DNA of 64,000 nt, from positions 3,768 to 67,767 of the IMG/VR virus record IMGVR_UViG_3300018079_000002. One strand, written 5' to 3'. The position numbers and the translations under genes are program-made. The stretch is from a virus. Below are positions 44,889-53,320 of the stretch, in pieces (the first letter of the stretch is position 1; every line of letters begins with the position of its first letter). Under the pieces are notes generated by a model, which worked only from the letters and a program-made list of their open reading frames with translations, ran no database searches and was not told where the DNA came from.

Positions 44889-46814
44889 TTATTCAACTTC
44901 ACCCCAGCTAGGACCGATCTCCACGTCCACTTTACTGGGCACCTGCAAGGGCACGCAGGTCCGCATAATCTCACCGATCTCCTCGGCCTGCTTATCGTCA
45001 CGCACGCTGCCGTCCAGCTCGTCATGCACCTGGAGCTGGAGCTCGTGTCCGGCTGCGTCACACATCACCATGGCCGTCTTGGTCTGATCAGCACTGCTGC
45101 CCTGGATCAAACGGTTCAGCGCCTTATGGCACCAGTCGAAATTCCCAAGTGCATCCTTGGGAAACCGGCAGCGCCTTCCGCCCACCGTCACAATGAAGCC
45201 ACGACTAAACGCAACTTCTTCGCAACGCTTGGCCAGCTCCTTGATGAACGGTGCCTTGTCATTGAAGGTGTCGAGGATGGTTTGTGCCTCGTTACCGGCC
45301 ACTTCGATCTTCCGCTTCTTATCGGCCTTACCTACTTCAATGACCTTAGTGGGTAGCTTTAAGTCCCGCGCCAACTTAGCCCCACCCATACCGTAACACA
45401 GCCCTAAGTAAACAATCTTCGCGTAACTGCGTTTCAACCCGGTCAAGTCCGCCATCATCTGGTGGTTGTCCGTATTCGGGTCGTTGCGATACTTGTCCGC
45501 AGCTTCCTGGGCACGGGAGCAATCCGCTAGCACCGCATAGTGGGTCAGCACCCTGGGCTCCTGCTGCGAATAATCTGCGCTCATCCAGAAGTCAGTATCA
45601 GGCCGGTAAATCGAACGCCAGCGTTTGGCGAATTCGTCACGCGCAGGTTGCTGCTGCATGTTCGGGTGCTCGCTGCTGAGACGGCCATAGCGTGCACCCC
45701 TAATCGCACCTTCTTCGTCTTCGCGTGCAATCTGATTGAAGACACAGTGGATACGGCCCTTACACATGTGGTCCCGAATACTGGCCGCAAAGGTGGTGCG
45801 TAGTTTATTAACCTTTCGTGCCCAGAGGATGGCTTCGGCCACCGGGTGGTCAATCCGGTCGAGCATAATCTTGTCAATATTCGGTGCACCCTTGGCGGTG
45901 CGGCCTACCTTGACTCCGATCTGCTCCAGGGCAGGTGCAATCAGGGTGGGTTGCCACACGCTGCCCACGGGAATAGCTATGCCGGTCTGGTGCTTTACCT
46001 TGGCCAGCGCCTCGGTCTCTTCGTAAAGGCACCAGCGTTCCACGCCTTCCAGCCGGTCCAGGTCAATGCGCACACCACGACGGCGCATCTTGACCAGCAC
46101 CGGGAGCACCTTGCTTTCCAGGTTATAAATCTGCCACAGCTCCTGCTGGTCAATGATCTGTTCCTGCTTGCGTAATATCTCCAGTGGCCGCCGGGCATCC
46201 GCCTTCGCGTAGTCAGCGACATAGCGTGCCGGTAACTGCCACAAGTTATGCCAAACTTCTTTTTCGGGAATACCGGACAGCATCGCAGCATTCTTTAACA
46301 TGGCCATGTCCTTACCGGGAATGCCATGACGTTCGCACAACGCACCTAAGTTATATTCGTCCAACAGTTCGTCGATCAGTGGGTCTGCAATTTGAACATC
46401 ACGGAAGAACTTAACGTTGTTGAACCAAACCCCGTATTCGGCAAGATAGTCTAAGTCATAATTCATATTGGCCCCACCCAGGTCACCATCATAGTGCCTC
46501 GCCTGATCCTTCAAGTAGTCGAATACCTGGGTGGGGTCCAAATTGTCGCCGCCGCCATGTCCAACGGGTAAGTAAAAGTCCGGACCATCTTCAATGGCGA
46601 AAGATACTCCGGCAATTCGGCCGTCCCTCCTGGGGCCAGGACCAAGCTTCTTGAGATTCGGGTCTTTCGTCTCAATGTCGATACCGACACGCTTGGCACC
46701 TGCCCAGGAGGGTAGCTGGGAGACGGGGGTAGGTCTCCAGTCTCCTTGCGGTTGGAATAAGGGAAGCTGGAAGCCAGCAGCCCCTCGTGCAGTGTTATGT
46801 TTGCGCCGAGCCAT
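44889..46814 (-). CDS. polA: Family A DNA polymerase (3'-5' exonuclease + polymerase; Leu762 type)
   Basis: DIET exo I; motif A ADYSQQEPR; motif B AKIVYLGLCYG; motif C QVHDE. Confidence 0.96.
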   Translation of the reverse strand: MARRKHNTARGAAGFQLPLFQPQGDWRPTPVSQLPSWAGAKRVGIDIETKDPNLKKLGPGPRRDGRIAGVSFAIEDGPDFYLPVGHGGGDNLDPTQVFDYLKDQARHYDGDLGGANMNYDLDYLAEYGVWFNNVKFFRDVQIADPLIDELLDEYNLGALCERHGIPGKDMAMLKNAAMLSGIPEKEVWHNLWQLPARYVADYAKADARRPLEILRKQEQIIDQQELWQIYNLESKVLPVLVKMRRRGVRIDLDRLEGVERWCLYEETEALAKVKHQTGIAIPVGSVWQPTLIAPALEQIGVKVGRTAKGAPNIDKIMLDRIDHPVAEAILWARKVNKLRTTFAASIRDHMCKGRIHCVFNQIAREDEEGAIRGARYGRLSSEHPNMQQQPARDEFAKRWRSIYRPDTDFWMSADYSQQEPRVLTHYAVLADCSRAQEAADKYRNDPNTDNHQMMADLTGLKRSYAKIVYLGLCYGMGGAKLARDLKLPTKVIEVGKADKKRKIEVAGNEAQTILDTFNDKAPFIKELAKRCEEVAFSRGFIVTVGGRRCRFPKDALGNFDWCHKALNRLIQGSSADQTKTAMVMCDAAGHELQLQVHDELDGSVRDDKQAEEIGEIMRTCVPLQVPSKVDVEIGPSWGEVE

Positions 46815-46815
46815 T

Positions 46816-47163
46816 TTAGGCAGCGTGTAACATACGGAAGAAAGTCCACCGGTCCACCGGGTGGCGTTGTGCTTCCTGGCGCATTTGCATCAGCGTGGTG
46901 CGCCGTTCCTGGAGTTTGGCTTTGCCCTTGTCCGGGTCTTGGCCAAGCAACTCCGTGTAGTCAGTGAGGATGCGGCCATTGTCGTGGCCAATCAACACAC
47001 CGGTAGTGGCGTCAAACACGAAGTGCTGGCCACTCGGTGACGTGACGTTCAGCACGGCCAGCCCCTCACATAGCTCCGTGTGCCGGTCGTATTCGAGCTC
47101 GGTGCTGATCAGTCCGACGTGCACGCATGGGTTGGTAAGTGCAGCCCAGATTGTGGTCTTCAT
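46816..47163 (-). CDS. Hypothetical protein
   Basis: 115 aa, in operon. Confidence 0.6.
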   Translation of the reverse strand: MKTTIWAALTNPCVHVGLISTELEYDRHTELCEGLAVLNVTSPSGQHFVFDATTGVLIGHDNGRILTDYTELLGQDPDKGKAKLQERRTTLMQMRQEAQRHPVDRWTFFRMLHAA

Positions 47164-47648
47164 TTATTGTCTCTGTGGTTGTTAGCTTGGACCACTCCGC
47201 GAGCACGCATTTCAGCCTCGACAAGAAGCAGGTAGCGACGAAGATCGCGAACGTCGTCCAAAAGTCCTTCGGGTCGCTGGTCGGCAGCCAGACCAGCGAA
47301 GATATCCCAGGCAGGCACCGTCACTCCGGCCCACCGGCTCATTGGTGCCAGTGCCGCTTTCTGTTCTGCGTTGCAGGCTGCATAGTCACTCGGCCACTTA
47401 GCTGGGTCGAGCGCAACTTCCATGCGGTCGAACTTACGGCAGAATTGCATGAAGGCACCAGCGCCTCCACGTGACTTCCAGCTATCACCGTAGGAGACTG
47501 CGGCCTTCTTCAGACCAGCCGAGTCTTCTTTGATGATACCGGCGATTGCCTCAAAAAGGATGATCTTATCCTCTTGAGTTATGCCATCCAGGTATTCCAG
47601 GAAGGCGAATGTTGCTGCTTTATCTGTCATTGGGGCACTCCAGTCCAT
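47160..47648 (-). CDS. Nucleotide-modification-associated domain 1 protein (DUF1599/Nmad1, MazG-like fold)
   Basis: SYGDSWKSRGGAGAFMQFCRKFDR...LLDDVRDLRRYLLLVEAE. Confidence 0.75.
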   Translation of the reverse strand: MDWSAPMTDKAATFAFLEYLDGITQEDKIILFEAIAGIIKEDSAGLKKAAVSYGDSWKSRGGAGAFMQFCRKFDRMEVALDPAKWPSDYAACNAEQKAALAPMSRWAGVTVPAWDIFAGLAADQRPEGLLDDVRDLRRYLLLVEAEMRARGVVQANNHRDNK

Positions 47649-48091
47649 TGGTCTTTACCGAATTTTTGATCCATGTATTCTCTCCAGTGCACCCATCCTC
47701 CGAGTGTATGGAAACCCCATGAACGTTGCTTGCGACCAATAAACACCAACGTCCATGCTGGTATAAATTTACCCCATTCGTCCGTGCGCAGCTCCACCCG
47801 ATGAATGTCCGTGGCCTTGTGCCGCAGGACACTTCCAGGTCCGCACCAGCGCCGACGGTCAGTAAGTGGCGGGTGGTCCGTTAGGTATTCCCAATAGCCA
47901 CCGCGCAGGATGAACGTGGTAAAGTTCCACGGATGATCGTGCATGTCATCACGATCGTTCCGGTGAATGTTATGTAGGTAAATGCCGAACCAACGTGATC
48001 TCAGCACGAAGTAACGGGTCAGGTAAGGCGAACCGTCTTGGTCGGCAATCGTGAATGGCCGGAGCCACTTGAGTAATAGTTTCTTGATCAT
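47627..48091 (-). CDS. Cupin-fold metalloprotein
   Basis: IYLHNIHRNDRDDMHDHPWNFTTFILRGGYWE...HRVEL...WTLVFIG. Confidence 0.75.
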   Translation of the reverse strand: MIKKLLLKWLRPFTIADQDGSPYLTRYFVLRSRWFGIYLHNIHRNDRDDMHDHPWNFTTFILRGGYWEYLTDHPPLTDRRRWCGPGSVLRHKATDIHRVELRTDEWGKFIPAWTLVFIGRKQRSWGFHTLGGWVHWREYMDQKFGKDQWTGVPQ

Positions 48092-48696
48092 ACTTCGGGT
48101 GTTCTGGTGTGTTCAAAGTGCGTCATAAAGTCATAGACGCTGTTGGGCAACGGGTCCACTTGCTTCTCGAACCAGCCGTTGACCATACCTAGGGCACCAA
48201 GAATATTACGGTTGCCGAGCGCAAGCTGGTCATGGCACCACAACCAGAATTCCAGGCGGTCAATCACGTCCAGCCACCAAGCATCGTCCTGACTTAGGAT
48301 AGGTATTTGGATAGCTTTCTTCTTAGTCACCACTGCCTCAGCGGCACGATACTCGATGCCTAACTGGTCGTTGAACCACTTAGCTGGAGCCGGCAAATCG
48401 CCTAACCAGCGTTCGGGTACGTCATGCAGTATCAAGGCCAGGATCAACTCCCGGCTGGCGTCTGGCTTGAGCACCAGCAGCAGCGTTAGGGCGTCCGCCA
48501 CGTGCTTGCCTACCGTGTATTCACCGACGTGCGGCAGGGTGTGGCAGCGCCTCGTGTTGTTGCACTCGCGAAACATCAGCACCCGGTGCACCAGCCGTTC
48601 CGGTGCCATGTCCGGATGTCTGGCCACCGATGCATCTTCGCGCACCGTCTTGAAGGGATGAAATGGTCCATCGTATATCGTCTTAGGCTTATCCAT
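48088..48696 (-). CDS. HD-domain 5'-deoxynucleotidase (YfbR-like)
   Basis: RRCHT...TVGKH...LHDVPERWLGDLPAPAK...D(R)LE. Confidence 0.88.
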   Translation of the reverse strand: MDKPKTIYDGPFHPFKTVREDASVARHPDMAPERLVHRVLMFRECNNTRRCHTLPHVGEYTVGKHVADALTLLLVLKPDASRELILALILHDVPERWLGDLPAPAKWFNDQLGIEYRAAEAVVTKKKAIQIPILSQDDAWWLDVIDRLEFWLWCHDQLALGNRNILGALGMVNGWFEKQVDPLPNSVYDFMTHFEHTRTPEV

Positions 48697-49729
48697 GCTG
48701 CACCCCGTCATCCATGACTTTTTCAAACTTCGCTTTCCTGCGAAGTAACCATTCGTTGCCTGCGCGTTGCCAGTCCGGTGCTTCGCATGCAGTCAACGCC
48801 TCCAGGGCAGCGCCGTAACGTTCTCCACCTTCCGTCTCCTTGAAACGACGATAGGCGTTGCACATCGGCGCCACCACCTTGCGGAAGAACTTGGTCTTCA
48901 GGCCGGGTGGTGTGCCCAGTTCCATAAATGCCTGCAGGTCCGCTTCCCAGTGCTCGATCAATTCCCCTGGGCTTAGTAACGGCTGGTAATTGGTCGTGCC
49001 TTGTTGGTAAGGGTCGTTGTTGGCAACTTTCTGATACGGCATATTGCCCAGGGAGAACAACGGCTCGGCGGTGGCCAGGTAGCCGTGCATGTTGTTACTG
49101 AACTGGTAGTATGGCCCCATTTCGCAGCCGATCAGCATGGCCAGGTATTCTTGCAGCACACTGAAGTGGACTGCGTTCGCACCGAGCGCACCCCAAACCA
49201 GGTCGTTGCTGCGATTGCAAACTGTCATAGTCAGACGGCCTGCCGTGTCGCGCAGGAAGTAGGCATGTGTATTGCAGGGCAGGTCTTTGCTTTGCAGCCC
49301 CAGGTCGTGGAAACCATCCCACATAGCCAGCACCTGCCGACGGCAGTCCGGATTGTTCTTGAGTGCTAGCGCAATCGGGTAGAGCTGGTCCTTGCCGAAG
49401 TGCTTGCGCCAGCGAAACCCGTAGGCCGCGTTGAAGGTCTGGCCGTCATCCGAGAAGTCCGCCATGCGCTTAACATAGGCAGCGACGAAGGCTACGTCAT
49501 TTCTCCCGGCCAGCATCCACAGGGACTCGACCAGATGGAAGAACGGATTGCAGTCGCGCTCCGGCCAGAACATTACCCGTTCCCAGGGACGTTCGTATTG
49601 CACGATCACCGGTGCCGGGAACACCAGCACTGGTCCATTTCGGCTTTCGCGTTTGACTCCATGTTGCTGGAGTTGATTCATTGCGCAGGGCAACACCTGG
49701 TGCACGTTCCGTGCCTGTATTCCATACAT
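48689..49729 (-). CDS. dUMP hydroxymethylase (thymidylate synthase superfamily)
   Basis: ESRNGPV, RDCNPFFHLVESLWMLAGRND, catalytic DLPCN, RSND..WGALGAN (Asn indicating dUMP specificity). Confidence 0.88.
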   Translation of the reverse strand: MYGIQARNVHQVLPCAMNQLQQHGVKRESRNGPVLVFPAPVIVQYERPWERVMFWPERDCNPFFHLVESLWMLAGRNDVAFVAAYVKRMADFSDDGQTFNAAYGFRWRKHFGKDQLYPIALALKNNPDCRRQVLAMWDGFHDLGLQSKDLPCNTHAYFLRDTAGRLTMTVCNRSNDLVWGALGANAVHFSVLQEYLAMLIGCEMGPYYQFSNNMHGYLATAEPLFSLGNMPYQKVANNDPYQQGTTNYQPLLSPGELIEHWEADLQAFMELGTPPGLKTKFFRKVVAPMCNAYRRFKETEGGERYGAALEALTACEAPDWQRAGNEWLLRRKAKFEKVMDDGVQHG

Positions 49730-49735
49730 AGGCTA

Positions 49736-50626
49736 TTACTTGGTTGAGCGGAAGAGTTGTTTCGGTCTTCCCTGACCGAGCCGAGCACGTTCGTATTTGT
49801 CGAATTCGCAGAGCGTGTGCTCGACTTCACGCATCTCCCATAGGGGCCATTGATCGCACCAATACTTGGGGTGGCGCGAATATTCTAAAAGGTTCATCAT
49901 GCCCAGGGCGAGCACGAGTTGATCTTCGTCTGAGTGGTAATTGAAGTGACCGATCTCGCCGTATACAACCCGGCTTAGGCCACGGGCAGCGCCTGGACCG
50001 GCGGACGCCCATTCGTTGATGTCCGTGGCCTGCTCCAGCACCCGTGTGTGGCGTAAGTCAGTGACAATTTCGTAAGCCATGAAGTTACCCACATAGGGAA
50101 ACTCGCGCAGCAGTTCCCAGGCATAGCGTAAGGTATTCGCCTTACCCATCTTGAACCATAACTCCTTGTAGCAGTCACGTATGGGTGCAAGGATTTCGGC
50201 GATACCTTCAAACTTCGTTTTACCGGCTGGTGTCTTAAGCATGTAGGCCGAAGTTACAATGGGTGGCTCCAGCTTGGCCACCTGTGCACGGCAGCGCGTC
50301 GTGTCCCAGCCCTTCTCCAGGAGGATATGTGCCATTGCCTCCAGGGTTGAAATGCGATTGAAGAAACGGCAGGCACACATGGCAATGACAACCTTGGGGT
50401 CATGCTTCAAGGGCTTGCGGATGTTCTTCTTGATCCACCGCGTGGTGGTGTCGTCCTCGCGGAAGACGTTGCAAAAGCGATACGTCTGGAGTATCGGGTC
50501 CGTGGTCCAGGATGAGGCAGGCGTCTTGGCTTCGGTGCGCATCAGATAAATCGCGTAGCGCGTTGATGCGTAACCAAAGAACGGAGCCAGCCCCACCCAC
50601 TCTTTGGTGGGCGGTAGCTCTTTCAT
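49736..50626 (-). CDS. 5-hmdU DNA kinase helical-domain protein (formerly aGPT-Pplase1)
   Basis: DPILQTYRFCNVFREDDTTTRWI, GNFMAYEIVTDL, GPGAARGL, EVEHTLCEFDKYER. Confidence 0.88.
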   Translation of the reverse strand: MKELPPTKEWVGLAPFFGYASTRYAIYLMRTEAKTPASSWTTDPILQTYRFCNVFREDDTTTRWIKKNIRKPLKHDPKVVIAMCACRFFNRISTLEAMAHILLEKGWDTTRCRAQVAKLEPPIVTSAYMLKTPAGKTKFEGIAEILAPIRDCYKELWFKMGKANTLRYAWELLREFPYVGNFMAYEIVTDLRHTRVLEQATDINEWASAGPGAARGLSRVVYGEIGHFNYHSDEDQLVLALGMMNLLEYSRHPKYWCDQWPLWEMREVEHTLCEFDKYERARLGQGRPKQLFRSTK

Positions 50627-51180
50627 GCCAACCCCAGCATTTCTTCTATGAGGTCAGCAGCCTGCTGACGGTTGCAACGGAAGACCTGGACCGGTTTACC
50701 CGGCAGCTCCTCGAACCGTTGCGCCGCACGTTTGGCTTGGCTGTGCTTGGCGGTGGTGTTCTTGGTTGGCACCGGCTCCATTTCGCCTCGCGCCTGACGG
50801 CGTGCATTGACACCGGCGAGGCAGGTTTCGATTGTTTCCTCGATGAATACCACCCGGCAGTCAGGCAGCTCCTTGGTGCGATTGATCTCGTTTGTCAGCA
50901 GCAGCCCCTCGAACAGCACGTTGCGTCCGAGTGCTATCTGTTCCTGGATAAGTTGATACGTTGTATCAATCTTAGTGATGGTATCACAACCACCGCACGG
51001 TGACTCATAGTGTCCCAGGACGGCCAGCTCTGGCGTCCCTTCACCATTGCGCATGATGTAATACAAAGGCTGCTTGCGGTCTTCCACTCGCACCGGCTCC
51101 TTGTTGGAGTAGAGACTCATAATGTGACGAACAAGGAATGACTTACCTGAGCCACTTGTTCCACGAATATTGATGATCAT
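50623..51180 (-). CDS. P-loop nucleotide kinase of 5-hmdU DNA kinase type
   Basis: IINIRGTSGSGKS, LGHYESPCGGCDTI, VLFEGLL; adjacent to the helical-domain gene. Confidence 0.85.
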   Translation of the reverse strand: MIINIRGTSGSGKSFLVRHIMSLYSNKEPVRVEDRKQPLYYIMRNGEGTPELAVLGHYESPCGGCDTITKIDTTYQLIQEQIALGRNVLFEGLLLTNEINRTKELPDCRVVFIEETIETCLAGVNARRQARGEMEPVPTKNTTAKHSQAKRAAQRFEELPGKPVQVFRCNRQQAADLIEEMLGLA

Positions 51181-51264
51181 AGACTGCTTTGCTCAAACCG
51201 ACGTTGACTGCTCACTAGACTGGTTTACCCGCCATCCGTGCGGACCAGCTATCTGAATGTTGTC

Positions 51265-51292
51265 ATTTTCGCTGACGCACGTAAAAAGGCAA
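51265..51292 (-). promoter_or_regulatory. Putative sigma70-type promoter of kinase/hydroxymethylase operon
   Basis: TTGCCT-TTTTAC..N16-GAAAAT. Confidence 0.5.
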
Positions 51293-51334
51293 CGATAAGT
51301 TACTAAAGGTTATTAACGTGTTATGCACCGGTTA

Positions 51335-51514
51335 TTAACTTTCCAGGCCCACGGCCTTTAGGGCACGCTGGGCAATCATTTCAAACTCGGCCATGGAGAG
51401 GCGCTGGGTGGAGCCGGTTAAGTTGTTAACCACCAGCGCGTAGTCCTCCGGCGGACGGATAATGAAGGTTGATTCCTTCGAACGAAGAACCATTTCCACA
51501 AATTCGCCTTTCAT
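51335..51514 (-). CDS. Small hypothetical protein (59 aa)
   Basis: Manual translation MKGEFVEMVLRSKESTFIIRPPEDYALVVNNLTGSTQRLSMAEFEMIAQRALKAVGLES; ATGA overlap. Confidence 0.6.
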   Translation of the reverse strand: MKGEFVEMVLRSKESTFIIRPPEDYALVVNNLTGSTQRLSMAEFEMIAQRALKAVGLES

Positions 51515-51723
51515 ATCATTGGCCCACTCTTAAGTTGATCAACGTAGGCCGCATTGGTGCGGCCAGTTGCCCTGCAGGAACGGCACTGCACTGCTGAGAA
51601 GTCAGAAGACTTGACGCGATAACCATCGAAAGCCGAACAACGGGCATTACGTTGCACCACTACCCAGTTGCGCTCGGCCACCGGCTTCTTACGTTCCGGA
51701 CAATGACAGTTGAACCAATGCAT
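51511..51723 (-). CDS. Small Cys-rich conserved phage protein
   Basis: WVVVQRNARCSAFDGY..SSDFSAVQCRSC..RTNAAYV. Confidence 0.65.
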   Translation of the reverse strand: MHWFNCHCPERKKPVAERNWVVVQRNARCSAFDGYRVKSSDFSAVQCRSCRATGRTNAAYVDQLKSGPMI

Positions 51724-52448
51724 TACCGTGCGAGCTGTTCGGTGCGATAAAAGTTGCCACTGTTGGTGCTAATCCTGGGGCCAACCCAGCGATGCTCGTA
51801 ATTGGTGGTAATGGTTTCGGCTTTGCGGGTCCAGGTGTCCTCCAGGCGCATCTTGCTGTCGATACCATAGCGCAGGTTCGGCATACCACGCATGATCACC
51901 ACGTCCTGGCGGTCAGTCACTGAGTGCCCGTTCTGCTGGAATACGAAAATACGGTGCTGCATTTCCAGCAATGGCCCATCAAAGCGATAACCGAACACGG
52001 CCAACTCCCCGATCTCCAGATTAGTCGGATACTTAACCTGGATACGAATAAACTTCGCTGGCCGTCGCACCTGGAGCACCTGCGGAAAGTTGACCCACTG
52101 CTGGAAGCGATAGCTAAAGGTGGTCACGTCCGGGTCAAAGGCGACATTGGTGGTGGCGCTATTGAACGGCAGGTTGGAGACAAACACGAAGAAGTTGGTG
52201 GGCGCATTGCTCGCCCTGGGCAACACTTCCAGGTGATTGATCCAATTGGTTTGGGCGAATGACAACTCCAGCCACGGGGTGTCCTCAAAGCCACTGACCG
52301 CAAACGTATTCGTGTTTCCATCGATGGCATTCGAGGCTGGCAGCACCTGTGACGACTGTGACGCGGACGCGCCTCTGGTGACGTTCGAATTCTGCGCATG
52401 AATAACGCCTGTTAGGAGCAGGCCCATTAGTATGATTATTCTTTTCAT
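51723..52448 (-). CDS. Secreted F5/8-type C (discoidin/fucolectin-like) protein with C-terminal FYR module
   Basis: Signal peptide MKRIIILMGLLLTGVIHA; ASQSS...ASNAIDGNTNT...PWLELSF...AKFIRIQ...LEIGELAVFG; ends SGNFYRTEQ. Confidence 0.85.
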   Translation of the reverse strand: MKRIIILMGLLLTGVIHAQNSNVTRGASASQSSQVLPASNAIDGNTNTFAVSGFEDTPWLELSFAQTNWINHLEVLPRASNAPTNFFVFVSNLPFNSATTNVAFDPDVTTFSYRFQQWVNFPQVLQVRRPAKFIRIQVKYPTNLEIGELAVFGYRFDGPLLEMQHRIFVFQQNGHSVTDRQDVVIMRGMPNLRYGIDSKMRLEDTWTRKAETITTNYEHRWVGPRISTNSGNFYRTEQLAR

Positions 52449-53320
52449 GGTTTTGGTTTATCTTTCATTTTAAATTCGGCGCAAACTTGTGCGGCGCACC
52501 AGCCATACACCACCAGGCCGTTCTTACCACCACCGTTGACGTGCCAAATGTTCGGATGGTCTTCTCCGCAATAGCCAAACTCGTGGTGCTCGACGATAGG
52601 CCGGTAGCCGATCATCATCTTCTTTACCCGCATGTCACCCACATGTTGACGCGCATGGCGCAGGGTCAGCGCCTGGACTTCCTGGGCACGTTTCTCGTAT
52701 TCATCAATCAGCAGCGCCACGGTGTCCGCGTAATAGACCGTGTCCTCGTCATACTGGTAAAGCTTCTCGTGACGGTAAGGTGCCCACATGCCAAGTCTGC
52801 TCTGCCCAGGAGCGAGGCGTCCTTCAAAAAGGTAGCAGTGGCCAATTCGTGCCCACACCTTGAGGCTGGACCCATGGCCGTAAAGGCCGATGGGTGCGAG
52901 CTCTGGTGCACGATACCCGGCACAGATGATGGTGGGGCCATCGAAGGTCTTCATTGTGCCCTTGCCGGACAGCAGCACCCGCACGCCTTCACCGGTGAGC
53001 TGTTCGACTTTACCAACCACGTCCGGTTTGACCAGCACAGCCTGGACCGGGATTTGTTTGACCTTTGGCGCGTCCTTAATTCCAGAGGCGAACGGGTGGA
53101 CGATCTTAGGTCCATACAGCTCCTGGAGCAGGCGAAAGCCGGTGTCCACCTTGCCACGGTCGAACCGAGTCACCCAGGACGGGGTGAACAGGTTGTCGCT
53201 GGGTGGCGAACCGGCTTTCTTGTCTGCATCGTCAATGACACGCACCTTGAACCCTTCACGGCGCAGGTGCGTGGAAACAATTGAACCGGCGAGACCGGCT
53301 CCAATTACGTTGATCATCAT
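52445..53320 (-). CDS. FAD-dependent oxidoreductase/lyase (DAO/glycine-oxidase-like; PaMx11 gp47-like role inferred)
   Basis: Rossmann VIGAGLAGS; ICAGY; C-terminal GYRP...NGGGKNG; coupled to the amino acid:DNA transferase. Confidence 0.8.
   Translation of the reverse strand: MMINVIGAGLAGSIVSTHLRREGFKVRVIDDADKKAGSPPSDNLFTPSWVTRFDRGKVDTGFRLLQELYGPKIVHPFASGIKDAPKVKQIPVQAVLVKPDVVGKVEQLTGEGVRVLLSGKGTMKTFDGPTIICAGYRAPELAPIGLYGHGSSLKVWARIGHCYLFEGRLAPGQSRLGMWAPYRHEKLYQYDEDTVYYADTVALLIDEYEKRAQEVQALTLRHARQHVGDMRVKKMMIGYRPIVEHHEFGYCGEDHPNIWHVNGGGKNGLVVYGWCAAQVCAEFKMKDKPKP

Noticed and set aside
51335-52448. GNAT acetyltransferase, PLP decarboxylase or radical SAM enzyme in the modification cluster
   Set aside because: ORFs here are a signal-peptide lectin and two small proteins; no acetyl-CoA motif A, PLP-lysine motif or CxxxCxxC was seen; such genes could still lie outside the window
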